Of a stretch of DNA of 64,000 bases, positions 49,501 to 59,486 are shown piece by piece. The first letter of the stretch is position 1. The number at the start of each line of letters is the position of its first letter. A program made the translations under genes and the position numbers. The notes beneath the pieces are model-generated. The model saw only the letters and a program-made list of their open reading frames with translations. It had not been told where the DNA came from and made no database searches. The stretch is from Lama glama (taxonomy: Eukaryota), in the NCBI GenBank assembly GCA_028534125.1, contig CM052816.1:32862001-32926000 (forward strand), given 5' to 3'.

Positions 49501-50554
49501 TTTGGAAAATTAAGGTTAACTAAGAAGCAGTTGGAACTATTACTGAGTTATGGGGGTAGAAGTCTTCTGGCCACCTTCGGTTCTGTGGACATGATAAGCT
49601 GATAGTTTAATTAACGTAAGTTCAGAAATCAGTTATTCCACAAAATCTCTAAAAAGCCCTATGTCCAGGAACATTAAAGAAGGCACACTATAACATCCAT
49701 CCAGCCTCGCTGGGTGTGATATGGATGCATAGGATTCTGAGTTGTCTTGAGAAGGAAGTATAAAAGGATTCTAGCCCTGGGAGACCTCATATCAGACTTT
49801 CTTTCTGCCTCAGCCTCTTGGTGTCTGTTCCAAACCTACTTTTCCTCATCTGGTCCCCCTTCTACTTTAAAAAATAAAATAAAATAAAAAATAAAAACTG
49901 CTAAGTTGGAGTTTTGTTGTACTGTTACTTTGAAAATTTGGATTTTTCTTTAGTTGATTTATTCCCTGAAGATCTGGTAACCTCTGGCTTTATTTTTCTA
50001 GAGTTAGAATCTTTTCAAATCTTACATTGTAATAATCTTTATAATATTATATATTGAAATCTGTCAAGAAGGTCACAATATGTTGGCATAAAATACGAAT
50101 ATAGGAGGTAAACAAAGATATGCCCAATTTTGAAAACAAGTGAGTAGTAAGGGTCTTAAAGGCTGAGATGAAGCTTTTGAGTGTTTGTGTGGAATAAGTC
50201 GTAATAATAAGAAATTCAGTTGAGGACCAGCTCAGGGAAAGGAAGTATCTCGGTGGTTCTGCTTAGTAGGTTAGCTTTAGAGTGTGGGGGCATAAATAGA
50301 TAGATACTGCACATGAATTCCTTCATGACAAAAGGTGAAGGGCAGGATTTGATTGCTAAGTTACTGAGCTGTAATTTGTTTTTTAAACAGATGCCGTATG
50401 TGACTTACCGTGCTCCGGTGAAGACCAGTTGCTAGAACATGCCGAGGGCCAGGCTGTGGCGTGTAATGGACATTGCAAGTTCCCCTTTTCATCCAGAGCC
50501 TTTTTGAGTTTCAAGTTTGACCATAATGCTATAATGAAAATCTTGGACCTCTGA
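10274..50554 (+). CDS. DCP2: DCP2, m7GpppN-mRNA hydrolase (mRNA decapping enzyme 2); 11 coding exons, 422 aa
   Basis: Exon lengths 53+152+128+99+153+113+108+136+111+52+164 = 1269 nt, with an open frame from [20 protein letters not shown] to IMKILDL*. Contains Box A and the Nudix box [23 protein letters not shown]. Confidence 0.97.
12148..12738 (-). mobile_element. ERV1-type solo LTR with a 4-bp target-site duplication (TSD)
   Basis: TGTT...TTCA termini flanked by AAAC (12144-12147 and 12739-12742); related to the 6185-6814 element. Confidence 0.8.
13768..13912 (-). mobile_element. tRNA-derived SINE (Vic-1-like, camelid)
   Basis: The reverse complement reads gggaggtatagttcagtggta..gcttagcatgcatgagatcctgagttcaattcccagtacctcc (A and B boxes), followed by an A-rich tail. 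Confidence 0.8.
16874..17106 (+). mobile_element. Young 5'-truncated L1 3' end with a 16-bp TSD
   Basis: TSD AAAAATAGCATTTGGA at 16858-16873 and 17107-17122; nearly identical to the minus-strand copy at 39.1-39.4 kb. Confidence 0.85.
18070..18285. mobile_element. MER20-like hAT-Charlie DNA transposon
   Basis: 'gattttg..ccc.cagggg.acatttgg..tgtctggag' ... 'tgtcaatagtgctgaagttga.aaac'. Confidence 0.75.
20302..21360 (-). mobile_element. L1 3' fragment (ORF2 C-terminus and 3' UTR)
   Basis: Minus-strand ORFs [20 protein letters not shown].. and ..[21 protein letters not shown]..; candidate TSD TTTAAAAGGG (20292 and 21360). Confidence 0.92.
21690..22970 (+). pseudogene. TPD52L2: Processed pseudogene of TPD52L2 (tumor protein D54) in DCP2 intron 1
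   Basis: Intronless translation ..[70 protein letters not shown].. matches D54. The start codon has decayed to TTG (21742), there are several in-frame stops and a frameshift near 22210, and the original stop is at 22362-22364. 3' UTR-like sequence runs to an ATTAAA at about 22942. Confidence 0.92.
23163..23314 (+). CDS. DCP2: DCP2 exon 2 ([32 protein letters not shown]...DFAKA), Box A
   Basis: Acceptor tttttgacag|C; ends at the U12 donor G|ATATCCTTT. Confidence 0.96.
23315..28904 (+). other. DCP2: U12-type (minor spliceosome) AT-AC intron, DCP2 intron 2
   Basis: 5' splice site ATATCCTTT, branch site TTCCTTAAC (28885-28893) and terminal AC (28903-28904). The junction G|TC restores KAVFSHCPF. 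Confidence 0.95.
23512..23671. mobile_element. MER2/Tigger-like DNA transposon remnant
   Basis: cagtagtc...gactgta termini; 'ggttccaggaccc..aaaatctgtggatgct.aagtc'. Confidence 0.65.
28905..29032 (+). CDS. DCP2: DCP2 exon 3 ([43 protein letters not shown])
   Basis: Follows the AC acceptor; donor AAT|GTGAGT. Confidence 0.96.
29439..29537 (+). CDS. DCP2: DCP2 exon 4 ([33 protein letters not shown]), first part of the Nudix box
   Basis: Acceptor ttttgtag|; donor GAG|GTGAGT. Confidence 0.96.
32163..32545 (-). mobile_element. MaLR LTR (MLT1A-like)
   Basis: 'aacaaaataccacagactgggtggcttaa..ttctggaggctgggaagtctaag..atgacctcatttaacct'. Confidence 0.8.
35650..38600 (+). mobile_element. Older L1 (3' part of ORF2 and 3' UTR), interrupted by a younger L1
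   Basis: L1 ORF2 DNA motifs ('aaaacagtatggtactggcataaaaacagac', 'ctcttcaataaatggtgctggga'); the element resumes after 37977. Confidence 0.85.
36791..37976 (-). mobile_element. Young L1 3' fragment nested in an older L1
   Basis: [23 protein letters not shown]..; TSD TATCTACATT at 36781 and 37977; same subfamily as 20302-21360. Confidence 0.9.
39114..39441 (-). mobile_element. Young 5'-truncated L1 3' end
   Basis: Reverse complement of the 16874-17106 family; T-rich tail; TSD TAAAATAACA at 39104 and 39442. Confidence 0.85.
40720..41443 (-). mobile_element. MER21-like LTR
   Basis: 'gagtgtcctacaattc..gagatagcatcagattccacaggttaagggctcagtcccacaaga' and terminal 'aaatcacagtatcaca'. Confidence 0.75.
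41689..41841 (+). CDS. DCP2: DCP2 exon 5 ([13 protein letters not shown]...KTRREIR)
   Basis: Acceptor tttccag|; donor CGG|GTATGT; completes the REVFEETG motif. Confidence 0.96.
41961..42073 (+). CDS. DCP2: DCP2 exon 6 ([38 protein letters not shown])
   Basis: Acceptor tcttatag|; donor CAG|GTATGT. Confidence 0.95.
42168..42275 (+). CDS. DCP2: DCP2 exon 7 ([36 protein letters not shown])
   Basis: Acceptor tccatag|; donor GAG|GTAAAG. Confidence 0.95.
44193..44328 (+). CDS. DCP2: DCP2 exon 8 ([25 protein letters not shown]...DLLKAK)
   Basis: Acceptor tggtgtag|; donor AAG|GTGAGT; frame continuity. Confidence 0.94.
44960..45895 (+). mobile_element. Old L1M 3' fragment
   Basis: 'aaaagatgctcaacatcattag', 'acaatggaatattattcagccttaaaaaggaatgaaat', ending in an A-rich tail. 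Confidence 0.85.
46803..46913 (+). CDS. DCP2: DCP2 exon 9 ([37 protein letters not shown])
   Basis: Acceptor aaaaacag|; donor ATG|GTAAGA; 111 nt, phase 0/0. Confidence 0.93.
48668..48719 (+). CDS. DCP2: DCP2 exon 10 ([17 protein letters not shown])
   Basis: Acceptor ttaatag|; non-canonical donor CAG|GCAAGT. Confidence 0.92.
48720..50390 (+). other. DCP2: GC-AG intron, DCP2 intron 10
   Basis: Donor CAG|GCAAGT matches the consensus at every position except +2; acceptor tttaaacag. The junction G|AT gives ETDAV and keeps the frame. Confidence 0.88.
50391..50554 (+). CDS. DCP2: DCP2 exon 11 coding part ([20 protein letters not shown]...[14 protein letters not shown])
   Basis: Acceptor ttttaaacag|; TGA at 50552-50554, followed directly by an in-frame TAG. 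Confidence 0.95.
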
Positions 50555-53500
50555 TAGCAGCACATGTTGTGGAAGTCCCAAGATAAGAGACCTGTTGCAT
50601 TTGAGTGGGTGTCTCTTTGAGCCTTACCTTTCTCAGGTGTTTTAAAGAAATGCAGGGAGGCAATGATGTTTCTGTAGAGATTGTCCTCTGTGTGTGCAGA
50701 AGAGAGAGTAGAAACATGAATTTGCACTGTAAATAGAACTTTTTACACAGAAGTACCTTTTCAGTGTTTGGCTAACAAATTTAAGTTGCTTTTTATGAGG
50801 GCATTTTGTTTTCTGTGTGACTGTAGTTTTTATTTTATATTTTGGTCAAGAAAATAGTATTTGAGTCATCATTAAGTAGACAAGTTAATAGGAATGCTCC
50901 ATCTACCCCTTACAGTGATTGTAATGTTAGTTTCCTTATATTGACAAATTTAAAAGAAACTTAGAATACACAATTATTAAATGAATACAAGAGTTGAAAT
51001 GTCACGGAAGTCAAGATTGCAGGTCATCTGCTTTGGTGGCATTTTGCACATTTCTCTGCTTCTAACCACTTGGTTCTCTCCTCCCCTGCTTGTGGCTTTC
51101 TTGGAAGGTTTTATTTTGAGGCAGCATCTGCTATATCATGTTCGTGTTCAAAATGAACTCTTAGCACTTCATTAAAGGACAAAGTCCTCAGCTTGGACAG
51201 GGACTGAGTTGGTTTGAGTGGGAGTTGCTCTAATTTTTAATTACGCTGTGTGCAGTGAACCTGTGAGGCTGCGGAGAGAGGGCAGTGGGGAGAGAACACG
51301 GGGGCTGGGACCCCGAAATGGCTTTGGTCACATCTGCACCATCCTGCCACCAGCCGCTCGGTATCATGCGATGATTTTGTTCTTGTGAAACTTTATTCTG
51401 TATTACAGTTGTGTAAATATGTATGGAATACTGACATTATTGGGTTTTACATCGCGTCTCAGTGTTGCTCTCTGGAAACGGATGTTATATTAGGTTCCAA
51501 TTTGCAGTAGTAGCAGAGACTGACACACTTCCATTAGCATGCTGAAGCCCCTGGATGATGGAGCAAAAAGGGAAGGGGATGCAGTTTACCCAAGTACATT
51601 GAAGCATTTCACTAGGGGGAGGATCAGAACATGGAAGTAACATGTGTAACTGACTCCTAGGAATGTATTTTGCTCCTTCAGGATTCTGAAATCCAAATAA
51701 TGATGGCAGTACCCATTTTAAGAAGGATTTTAGCTATATAATTGAGGACAATCACCAGGGCTTTCAGGGGGCTGTAGTGTTGGGGCTGCTTGTGACCTCA
51801 CTGAAGGTGTTTTCTGTTGCAGGGGGAGAGTGTGTGAGCATATGCGTGCGTGTGCATCTGTCATGTGGGTTTTAAAAATCTCTTTTTAACATGTGGTATC
51901 CACACAGTATATCTCTACTTGTAAATTTTATTGTAGAAATCTTTATTCTGTATAGATAGCCTATTTAAAAGGGGTTCTATTTAACCCAGTGGGACTTTCA
52001 AAAGAAGTGCTATTGTAAGAATTCACTTGGTATTACTTTGCTTTAGCTTTTAAATGGCTTGATTTTAAAGGAGAAATTCTATTTATTAATAAAAGTGTCA
52101 CCCTCTTGGTGCTAAGCAAGATAATTCAGTTATAGCAGAGTGTTTAGAATGAGGTTATTCACCATCCTATATCTTTTAATGTGACAAATTTGTGAATCCT
52201 TCTGTGACGTTTTTAAAGATTCATTATATGATTGCGTTTGGAAGCTCTTAACTGTTCTTTACAAAAGTACAGCTGCTTTGCTTGGGTCTCCTTGAGCCAT
52301 ATTTATAGTTGGTCCCAGCATTCCAGATTTTTGTTAAATCGTTAAGGGAGTGAAAACTTAGTTTGCCTGGCGGGTACATCATTTTCACTCGTTTACTGCC
52401 ATCTGGAAACCATTTAATTTTTAGTGATTTTACATGTTTTGTTTTGTTTTCTTACTTAAAAAGAGAAAGTGAGTGCTTTGGTCAGTCTTTCTGGTGCCTC
52501 GAGTTGGATTTTTCAGCTCTCGGTACTAAAGCAAAAGAGATTAGAATCAGTTACCAGAAGTTTGGCTTCTCATGGTGTTTGGGCCTTTTCAAGATCCAAC
52601 AAATTCTCTCTTTCCGATGACGGTGGTTTACCTATGGTTAAATATTATTGCTGTTGTGCTGCTTCATTTAATGCACTGTGGAACCAATAAGGGTATGAGT
52701 GGGATGGGACTTTGGTAACTTGGGGCTTTTAGCTCTCTTGACAGTTTGAGATTAAAAAAAATGTTAAAAGATATGAGTTGAAGTTTATGTTTGTGATGTG
52801 ACTTAACTATGCAGAAAATGTGTAAGTTGGATGTACCTGTTGTACGGACATCTGCTGTACTTATCCCTCGAACCTGTGTGTTAGTTTCTCAGTGTTGAGG
52901 TTACCTTGAGAAAGGCCATGCTTAGCACAGAACTAGATTTCTCCATTGAGAAATTTTAGCATGGTTTGAAGAAATCAGATGATAAAGGAGTGTGCTGAAT
53001 ATGCAATACTTTACTTCTGTGTGCTGCAATTTAAGAAGCTAGATGAGGAAAGTAGTTGTTGGGTTCATTATGTTTCATGTCTTTGAGAAATATGCCTTTG
53101 AATCCACTTTTTAAATGTTCTTATGTTCCAACCTTATATGTTCCAAGGTTCAGTGCACTGTGAATCTTGTATTTTTTAAAATTGCCTAGGTGCTTTTGTG
53201 TATAACTGTAATGATTTATAAGGTGTTCAATGAATTGTTTTTGTGCTTAACCAATGTGATCCAGAAGGTAAGGGTATGGTTTACATGCTCTCACAAATTT
53301 TTGTTAATAACAAATGAATGGTTTTAGTATTTCAAACAGTGATGCTCTCCTGAGACATGAGCATTTGGAGGAGTCTGAGAATCTAATAGAGCTCTTTTAG
53401 CCTGGGTGGAATTTGATTGAAGATGTTTGAGAATTAAGTTGGATTTTCATGGTAACATATAAAGGTGAGGTTTCTATGCTCTAAGGGAATGGTGGTCACT

Positions 53501-56500
53501 GCTTGCTGCTTTGAAATTTGGATAGCCTTATTTTTCTATTAAGTATCAATTAGTAAGTACAGATAATGTAGATGTATAGCAAAATTTAGCAAAATTAATT
53601 TTATGCTATGAGATTGGGTTGGTATTTTTAAGTCTTTAGTAATTTGTGTGTTAATATCAAAAAACTCAAATCTAAGTGAAACACATCCTTTCACAAGGAT
53701 TAAACTCTTATATAAAACTTAATATATTATAGTTGTCTTTTTAGAAAAGTTCAGGTCTGACTGCATATATGCATTTCAAAAATTCAAAGCATTTCATTAC
53801 CTATTCCCTCACTTTTTTTGGTTAGTTTGTTTCTGACAGTTAACTTAACAGTAAGGAGCAAAGTCAGTTAAAAAACTAGACTTTTTGCCTAGCTATTTTT
53901 CTAACTATAACAATACCCCTTGGCTTTTAATCTTTATTTTTGTACCAGTGGACCTTACTCTACCCGCTGAGACTTTGTTTTGATTGACATCTATTGTGTC
54001 TTTGTATTCTGAGGCAGTATTTTCTTTGCATATTAATCATAGTTAAAAGGTCAGATTCATTTACATTTTTCTGATTGAAGAAAAATAAGTGTTACCTAGT
54101 AATTTTGACTTGGGTTATTTTCTAGCCTGGGGAAGGGGCTCATGTGTATTGTTATAACTTTAGATTAATGATAAGCAAGACAAACTCTTGTTTTGTTTAA
54201 AGGTAATAATATCCTTTATGCTTAAAAGTACCTGTCTTTAGGTAAACAGGTGTTAGTAAAATAACAATTTTGTTAAACCATAGTCCTGCTAGTTTGGTAA
54301 AGCCTACTTAGAGTTCCTTATTTTGTATTCTGTCCTTAGACTTAAGATTTTAAAATGCATTTGTATAGTTGACAGAAATTCTACAAATGAGATTATGATG
54401 GGCCTTCTCAGCATCTTTTTCTTCTTAAAATTGAGTTACTCTTGAAGCTTGTCCTCTGTCATAAAGATGGCAGATTGCAAATGGACAGTATAGCTGTCTC
54501 TTGCTTTCAAAGTAAAGTTCTAGATTGCGGTCTCAAAAACACAGGTTTGTTATTATAGAAAAGTGCCCTGAAGGGAGAAGATGGCTGTAGTTGCTGGGCA
54601 GAGCAAGCACAAGGGAGAGACTTTAGAAGATAAATCAGTTCTTGAGTGCTGTACGGTGCACGAGGCTGCAAGTTGCTCACTGCCCAGCCCCAGCAGAATC
54701 TCGCATCTGTGGCCATTACCAAGCATTTTCTGGCTCTGGGTATCATTTTTTTCCTAAGTATGGTTGCCAGGTTTTCTGACTTTAAAGATCAGTGTTTGGG
54801 AGTCAGGTCCTTCCTGTGCTCATGGTGTTTTACAGCTCCAGCCACTGAAGTACACTGCTTTCTTAATGGAGCACAGCCCAGAGCACACAGCTGCAATCAA
54901 CTGTGTGTCAGTCACTTCACACGATAGCGATACATTTGTCCTCATGGTGGTCCTTTCTGTCTAGTTTCCTTGGGACACAGTAGTATTGAAATAATGCCCT
55001 GTAGCTTGGGAACAGAGTAAAGCTGCCTCCGCTGCCTAGGGGTGGACTTGAAAGGCTGGCTCCCACCAGCTTTGTTGCCCAGACCTTAACATAAGGCACA
55101 AAGAAGTGTGAACAAAAAACTAGGAAAGTTTTATCTTGAGAAACGTTCATAATTGACTTTTTTCTGGGTTCCCAGATTTATGAAATCACCAATAAAGAGA
55201 TTCCACTTGTCTCGGGTCTTCTGTAGTTAGCAGAGGGGATAGCGTAGCTGTGGGTAGCAGCGTGAAAGCACAATCTAAGGGGAGTTGAATTAACAAGGTG
55301 CTTGCACCAGGCCTGTAGTGTTGGTCACGTGTGCTCTGGGGAAAGGGACCGAATGCCAAAGTCAGTTGCCTGTGTTTGTAACTTTGTCTCACATGGACCT
55401 CCTCTTAGTAGCCTTTAGTCCTTCAGGCCAGTGGAAGAATGAGGCCCTAACATGTATTTGCTGCTGTTTTGGTGTTTGGGTGTTGTTTTGGTGATGGGCC
55501 TGTACCTGGTAAGTAATACTTGAAGACCTGCTGTTTCTTAATCCTTTTTCTTGGAATGACTGGTCAGGAAGAGGCCTTCGAGTCTGCCTTGTCAGCCTGT
55601 GCCCCCATGTCTTTTTCTTTCTGTAGAAGAATTTTTCTTTTTATTTGTGATACATCCCTGTGGTGAATCTGCCACAGTGGGAGTTTGCAAGCAGTGATCA
55701 TATCTTGACTTTGACTTTTGAGCCACAAGCAGTTAGGAGGGTGGACACCTGTGCTATTTTAGTGTCTCATGCAGGTAGCTGTCACATTGGTTTGGGAACA
55801 AAGAAAACTTCTGTGTAAGTTTCCAAGGCAGAATGGGCAGTGTTCTGCTGGTCCTTAATCTTTGAGAGGTCTTAGTTAACATTCTTAGGTTCTGGGCTTT
55901 TTGGGGTAGGATGTAATATTTTGATTTAATCTACTACATTGAAGCTGAGCTTTTAAAACAACCTATAGCTGCAAAGTGTGGTGTGAAACATTTTGGGCAC
56001 AAATCTACATTGTTAGTCATTTCTGAAGCTTTCAGAAATTAGCCAGTTATTTGTAAAATGGTATCTTTGCTTACTATGTTTTGGTTGTATTTAACAGTAG
56101 ACTATGGATGATAGCAAATGAAAGCAAGAGTTTCTCAGCTGTGAAAGAAATTGACAAGGTGGTAACTGTTCCTTAGCACTTTGGTTGGTTAGATACGTTA
56201 ACTCTTGGAACAAATGAGTAGCAGTGGACTTGGCCCCTTCATGTCTCACACATACGATACGCACTGGTAGAAAGCACAGAAGACATCCTGCAGGAGTTTC
56301 TTTGTGCATTTCACTACTGTCCTAGGGCACTGCTGTCTCTACTGGTCATTTTAGGTGTCTGGATCTTGCACAAGTCCCTTTTAGTTTCAAATGCGGAGTC
56401 CAAGGAACTGACTATTTAGTTTTACATTTTTTTTTTCATTTCAAAGTTAGGACAGGAGACGGCTAACCTGACTTCCGTTTTATAAATATTACCAACTGTT

Positions 56501-57837
56501 TTTCTTCAGTAACAAATAGGAAAGGAAGATAAAACCACAGACTATTTTGCATATATACATATTTGTGTGTATATATACACAATATATTTTATTATAATTG
56601 TTTTTGAAATCATCTTATTAGCTTAATACTTCATACAGAAATTTGTCTTAAGTATTGAGTCATACAGCTCAGATTTTTAATTACCTGTTGGCTTTAATGA
56701 AAATTTAACAGTCTTACTCAGAATAAACTGATTAATCAGATGGAATTATGCTTCATGTACTTAACTGACTTAAGTGAAATCATCTTATGTAAGATTGTCC
56801 TTCATCTGACCACCAAAATAAGGGCCTGCAGTTTAGTTTTGATGGGAAGGGGAATAAGAATAAATTTCTTTTTATGCCTTGCCTATTTCCAAAACAAGAT
56901 TTGAAGTGTCTTTAATGCTGTGGAGACTAGATAATGTTCATGGAAAATATATAGTCTTAAAACAATATTCTTGGGAGTAGGTTTTAGTCTGAAAAAGGTG
57001 AAGGTATTTATACTGAGTCATGTTAAATTATTTTATTAGGCATCTACAAAATCTGGCAGGAAAAATTGGTGAAATGATTTCTTTCACTCAAACATATGTT
57101 ATTCCATTGAGAAAACTGGGACTTCAGAGTAAATGTGATAAGTAGGTTTATAAACTTTATTCAGTAATAATTTGTCTTACATGAAATGATTTAAAATTTA
57201 AGTTTTGCTTTAATTATGGCAGCATTTTATTACTTTACCTTCTGGGGCATTTTAATGTTTAGAGAAAGATTTTGTAAGTAAACCTTTGGAGTGATTCTGT
57301 CTATGCTAGTAATGAAATTCTTGGTGCTTGTTTTGATTAATTGTCAAACATTTAGAAAGAGCAGAAAAGGAACCCCAAAACACTTGTTGGGTGCATCTTG
57401 TCTTTATAGGAATTGATACCTTGGAAGCGGTAATTATTATGTTTCTGGATTTATTACATTCTGACTGAATAGGAGCTTTCTGTTTCTGTCAGTGTTAAGA
57501 AAGAGTAAGGACTGATTTTCACTTACTGGATATCTATCACAAAAGACTTCCAGTGACTCATATTTAGGTATCAGGAGTTTAAATGTGTGCAGGATTGCTG
57601 CACTTCTAAAGTCCACACGAAATGCCAGCTGTACTCTCCTCTGAGAAAACGAACAAAGTCCTATGTCTTAACAGTTACGCTCTTTTTGAAAGCTCTTTTG
57701 CTGTAAATATAAATAACACCATTTGAGAAATGAAAAACCTTTTATCTTACAAAATACACTTTGAATGATGGAAGGTTTCCTTTGTATTTTAAAACATTTT
57801 TATGGTTGATTGTTCAAATATTGGCTTTCTGTAAAAA

Positions 57838-58337
57838 NNNNNNNNNNNNNNNNNNNNNNNNNNNNNNNNNNNNNNNNNNNNNNNNNNNNNNNNNNNNNNN
57901 NNNNNNNNNNNNNNNNNNNNNNNNNNNNNNNNNNNNNNNNNNNNNNNNNNNNNNNNNNNNNNNNNNNNNNNNNNNNNNNNNNNNNNNNNNNNNNNNNNNN
58001 NNNNNNNNNNNNNNNNNNNNNNNNNNNNNNNNNNNNNNNNNNNNNNNNNNNNNNNNNNNNNNNNNNNNNNNNNNNNNNNNNNNNNNNNNNNNNNNNNNNN
58101 NNNNNNNNNNNNNNNNNNNNNNNNNNNNNNNNNNNNNNNNNNNNNNNNNNNNNNNNNNNNNNNNNNNNNNNNNNNNNNNNNNNNNNNNNNNNNNNNNNNN
58201 NNNNNNNNNNNNNNNNNNNNNNNNNNNNNNNNNNNNNNNNNNNNNNNNNNNNNNNNNNNNNNNNNNNNNNNNNNNNNNNNNNNNNNNNNNNNNNNNNNNN
58301 NNNNNNNNNNNNNNNNNNNNNNNNNNNNNNNNNNNNN
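57838..58337. other. Assembly gap (500 N)
   Basis: Run of exactly 500 N flanked by identical 199-bp sequences. Confidence 0.99.
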
Positions 58338-59429
58338 CTCTGAGAAAACGAACAAAGTCCTATGTCTTAACAGTTACGCTCTTTTTGAAAGCTCTTTTGC
58401 TGTAAATATAAATAACACCATTTGAGAAATGAAAAACCTTTTATCTTACAAAATACACTTTGAATGATGGAAGGTTTCCTTTGTATTTTAAAACATTTTT
58501 ATGGTTGATTGTTCAAATATTGGCTTTCTGTAAAAACATCGTGTTAAATTTAGATTGTTTATAGTGCAATAAATAAATTCTGCTGCTTGGGCAGTTTTAA
58601 TTACTACCTTAACCTGGTTCTGCTACTGATACTTGTAGGTTTCAGGTTGCCCACATTTTGGTTGTATCTCTTTGGACCAATAAAAAATGACAAGTACGAA
58701 ATAAAGGTATGTTTATATGTGATAGGAAGAAATAGAGTGTCTCTGCAGAAGTAACTGGTATGTATTCTCCATCTCAATGTATAGTTTAATTGTTGCTTTT
58801 TAAAAAAGCCAGATTATATAGTATGGGTTAATTAGCTTCATTAAAATTCAGTAATTGTTAAATTTGTATTAGAACTAGGTTTTCTGAGTAGAGTACTTGA
58901 CAGTCCTAGGATCTCAAGGGTGAAAGGAATATATTCTCCACTGGAGACCTCAGCTATATACCAGTTTTATTTAAAATTGTAAGAACAGAGTAACCGAGGT
59001 GTTACACGCCTACTGTGAAAGGTACTTGGCTTTGATAATGAGACCTGCCAGCACTGCAGTAAGAGTCTCCTACAGACATCTCGTATGGCTGCGCGCCAGC
59101 CTTCTTTACAGTCGTGGATGACGCTGCCAGTGGGTGATTATATTCCTCCTTTCAGTAATTTTTTAAAAAGAAAAAAAGATGCAGATCCTTCAATAGATAA
59201 CTCCCCATTCTTACCAAATTTGAAAAGGCATCTCAGCAGAAATTGGTGGTAAATGACGTTTCTTTGGCCGTTTTGACCAAATGCAGTTGGTCTTGTAGTC
59301 CCCTGCTTTGACTAGGGCTCTTGATATAAATATGAAATCTGTGATGTTTGACATTATGTTAAAAATATTACAGAAGGACAGTTCTATCCTTAATGAACAC
59401 AGTTAAAGCACATAATAGAATTAGAAATA

Positions 59430-59435
59430 TTTATT
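59430..59435 (-). terminator. Candidate poly(A) signal of the convergent minus-strand gene
   Basis: TTTATT on the + strand, which is AATAAA on the - strand. Confidence 0.55.
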
Positions 59436-59480
59436 CAGAATATAAGAATGTTTGTAAAATATTATAAATGTCTCTGTATA

Positions 59481-59486
59481 AATAAA
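59481..59486 (+). terminator. DCP2: Candidate distal poly(A) signal of DCP2
   Basis: AATAAA with upstream TGTA elements and a downstream U-rich tract. Confidence 0.55.

Noticed and set aside
50552..50557. Possible stop-codon readthrough at the DCP2 TGA
   Set aside because: The TGA is followed directly by an in-frame TAG and lacks the TGA-CTAG readthrough context.
57761..58405. ORFs of 177-214 aa containing X runs
   Set aside because: Artefacts of translating the N gap.
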